Positions 61,386-64,000 of a stretch of DNA of 64,000 nucleotides are shown in pieces; position 1 is the first letter of the stretch, and every line of letters starts with the position of its first letter. The notes beneath the pieces were generated by a model that made no database searches, was not told the DNA's origin, and saw only the letters and a program-made list of their open reading frames with translations. The position numbers were made by a program, and so were the translations under genes. The stretch lies in contig CM022677.1 of assembly GCA_012295275.1 (NCBI GenBank), positions 27,900,001 to 27,964,000 of the forward strand, read 5' to 3'. Origin of the DNA: Chrysomallon squamiferum (Eukaryota; Animalia; Mollusca).

Positions 61386-62360
61386 TAAATTTACCACGAG
61401 AAACGTCTATATTACATTTATATTTAGTAGGTTTTGTGGTTGTAGTAGCAGCAGCAACGTTAGTAAAACAAATTCGTAGTAGTGAGAAGAGTAATTCCAC
61501 CAGTAGGTTCAGTTGTTGTTGTGGTTGTTGTTGTTGTTGTTGTTGTGGTGGTTGTTGTTGTGGTGGTTCTAAAAGTGATAAACTTGAGGAAACTGCTTAA
61601 ATGGCGCAATGAGAGGCCTGTTTAGTGGAAACAGATTTACAGGTCAATGACTGGCAAACAGTTAAACTTAACAATCTTTAAACTAGAAACAGTCTGAGCT
61701 CTGTTCATGTCATATTTACAGTTGTATGAGGACAACATGTGTTTTTAATTATCTGCATTCAAGGCTGAAACAAGAACGAAATGAACAAGTTAATATTGTT
61801 AATATTTTCTCTTATACAACTAGCAATATTGCTGTTAGTATTACTGACACTTGAGCGGCACGTGACATTTGCAAAATGGTGGTAGCGCGTTTTCAACCAG
61901 TGTCAGGAGTGTTGTCAGATCGTTGTCAGAGCGTTGTCTGATATTGTCTGTGTGCAGAGTCTACTCAGATGTACATAATATTCATACCTCAATACACACA
62001 CAAACACAGACCAAAAATTAATGATAATTTAATTTAATTTCACTTTGATAAACACTGTTTGTGTCATGTTGAACTTTTTTTATTTTCATTTTTTTTTTTT
62101 TCAGGTCTACTTTTTTCTGTTATCTCCAAGAGTTTCTTTTTTATTTTGTACACTGGTTTGACTTACACAATGTGCTCCCTCAGTTAGCAGTTGAATTTAA
62201 CGGAAATATCTTCCTTATCCTACATGAGCTATACAAAGAACTAGTTCTCTATTTATTTCATTAAACTATAACAAGCAAAGATGAGAACATACATCACAGT
62301 ACTGTGTGGGATAGGAATTTGTTAACTTAATGGAATTTTCTGTTTATTTGTATAACACAG

Positions 62361-62554
62361 ATGACTGTGGTACACCAACAGCTGTGGACGACGGTGTGTT
62401 TTCTTTGACATCATCTACACCAGGTAGCACTGCGACGTTCAGCTGTAAAGACTTGTATCACTTCTTTGGTCCTAGCAGTGAAGTAACTTGTCAGCAGACT
62501 GGGCAATGGTCGACACTTGATGGAGAGTGTAAACAGGTGGAATGGCTGAACCAG
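62361..62554 (+). other. L4: isolated sushi exon, short-type 5' half and long-type 3' half with donor
   Basis: ACACAG|at DCGTPTAVDDGVFSLTSSTPGSTATFSCKDLYHFFGPSSEVTCQQTGQWSTLDGECKQVEWLNQ|GTAACT, open frame. Exons 1-2 not found upstream; the promoter block at ~60880-61015 breaks off before the TATA box. Confidence 0.8.
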
Positions 62555-63089
62555 GTAACTAGGCAACACTTTCTAAAATGTTAGTTTAGGACGGATTCGA
62601 ATATTATCATAGCAACATTTTATTCCTATTTTTCATTCGCTGTTTTTATTTATTTATGTATTTATTTATGTATTTATTTATTTATCCGTTCGTTGATCTA
62701 TTTTTTATTGCTTCTTTTCTTGGATAAAGCATCATCAGAAAAAATCTACTCACAGTCTAGATAGACGATATTAAAGTAAAAACTGTGCAGTAATTGTTAA
62801 ATGTACAAGTAAAGACTGCATTGCTGTTCTTAAGACTATACTTTTGCTGTCAACTATATAGTTGTATGCATATATGTATGCATATATCAATGTATATAAA
62901 TATGTATATATATGTCTAGAGAGAGAGATAGATAGATGCACATAGTTACTAAAACATGTATTATCACAGAATTGTACCATCTATCCTTAGCATGTTTTGC
63001 TTTCTTCTTCATCTCTTATCTCACGTATTACAACCTAGCGGTACATTCTTTGAAAACTGTTGAAAGCTGATTTTCAAATACTTTACAAC

Positions 63090-63325
63090 GTCATTACATA
63101 TCTCTTAGATGAGTAGATAGGTTAGTAGGCAGCTAACAAGGTCTGTAGCTAAAGAGACACACAGATGATCAGGCTAACAAATATGTTTGAAATATTTAAC
63201 ACAGACACAATCATTACATATCTTTTAGATGAGTAGATAGGTTAGTAGGCAGCTAACAAGGTCTGTAGTTAAAGAGACAGACAGATAATTAGGCTAACAA
63301 ATATGTTTGAAATAACAGACACAAG
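63090..63325. repeat. ~119-bp direct duplication (2 copies)
   Basis: TCATTACATATCT...GATGAGTAGATAGGTTAGTAGGCAGCTAACAAGG occurs twice. Confidence 0.85.
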
Positions 63326-63818
63326 ACAGCTATATTTATTGAATTTCTTTAATATGTACAGTCTTTATGCTCTTTATGTATTAAAGTACGTATATCTGTT
63401 TGTGTATGCATGTATGTGTGTAGGATAGAACGTGGATACAAAGATACATACGTAACAACGTAGGCTGGTGCTGTAACTAGTCACTACTACTAAATCACAT
63501 ATAACTATTTAAACAGTCTGCAAATAATGAACCATAATCTGTATATATGTGTATGTATGTATTCATATATTTACTGCATCTATGTTTATATTTATATATC
63601 TGTTTTTATCTATATTTATATTTATATATCTGTATACGTGGTGAGTTTCTCTGTGTCTGTGTATGTGTATATGTATGAAGATTATGCCTAATCAAATAGG
63701 TCAAATAATTGTGCAACTATAAAGCTGTGTGTGTGTGTGTGTCAATAAATAATGAAAAATAAATGTCCTCATATAGTTCTACGTGTATAATCTACACGTG
63801 TTTAAAAGTTTGACTGTT

Positions 63819-63935
63819 TCAGTAAACCAGTTTCAGTTGTTCAATAGACACGTCGTCCTTTATCCTCACAACTTCGATATCCGCGGCAGCTGCAGGTAAA
63901 GCGAAGACGAAGAAATCTTCTCCGTCAACAGCAAC
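63819..63935 (-). CDS. L5: terminal galectin-domain exon of another long-form gene entering from the right
   Basis: TTGCAG|VAVDGEDFFVFALPAAAADIEVVRIKDDVSIEQLKLVY*, a paralog of L1/L2 exon 6 (VTVDGADFF...DVAIEQVKLVF*), phase 0. Confidence 0.82.
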   Translation of the reverse strand, partial: VAVDGEDFFVFALPAAAADIEVVRIKDDVSIEQLKLVY

Positions 63936-64000
63936 CTGCAACAGTGAAACATGTCGTATTTACAGCTGTCTTCATCTGTTTTCTCAAATGTATTTACAGC

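Noticed and set aside
63025-63090. Possible decayed exon 4 after L4 (…FFENC*KLIFK…)
   Set aside because: Only a short LIFK match, an in-frame stop and no clear splice sites.

Overview
AT-rich, satellite-laden animal genomic DNA (invertebrate-like, possibly a mollusc, but the taxon cannot be fixed from this window), with a 200-N gap at 35348-35547. Almost every long ORF in the supplied track comes from satellite or microsatellite DNA. Reading GT-AG splice sites by hand reveals a dense cluster, on both strands, of one family of small secreted proteins in two forms. The SHORT form has 3 exons (signal peptide, Cys-capped heptad coil, one sushi/CCP domain; 116-118 aa), with 5 intact copies and 3 broken or partial ones. 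The LONG form has 6 exons (same start plus a C-terminal non-canonical galectin-fold domain); one copy is complete (255 aa, 25952-33160) and there are several partial copies and orphan exons. Short and long genes often sit head-to-head. Their coils carry opposite charges at the same predicted g/e positions (E40/E45 vs K40/K45). The galectin exons of two recent duplicates differ at 29 amino-acid-changing codons versus 1 silent codon, and short-chain variation is concentrated in two patches at one end of the CCP domain. My inference, untested, is a diversifying heavy/light-chain-like secreted recognition system shuffled by gene conversion and microsatellite-associated rearrangement. Some of the duplication may be haplotype or assembly redundancy.
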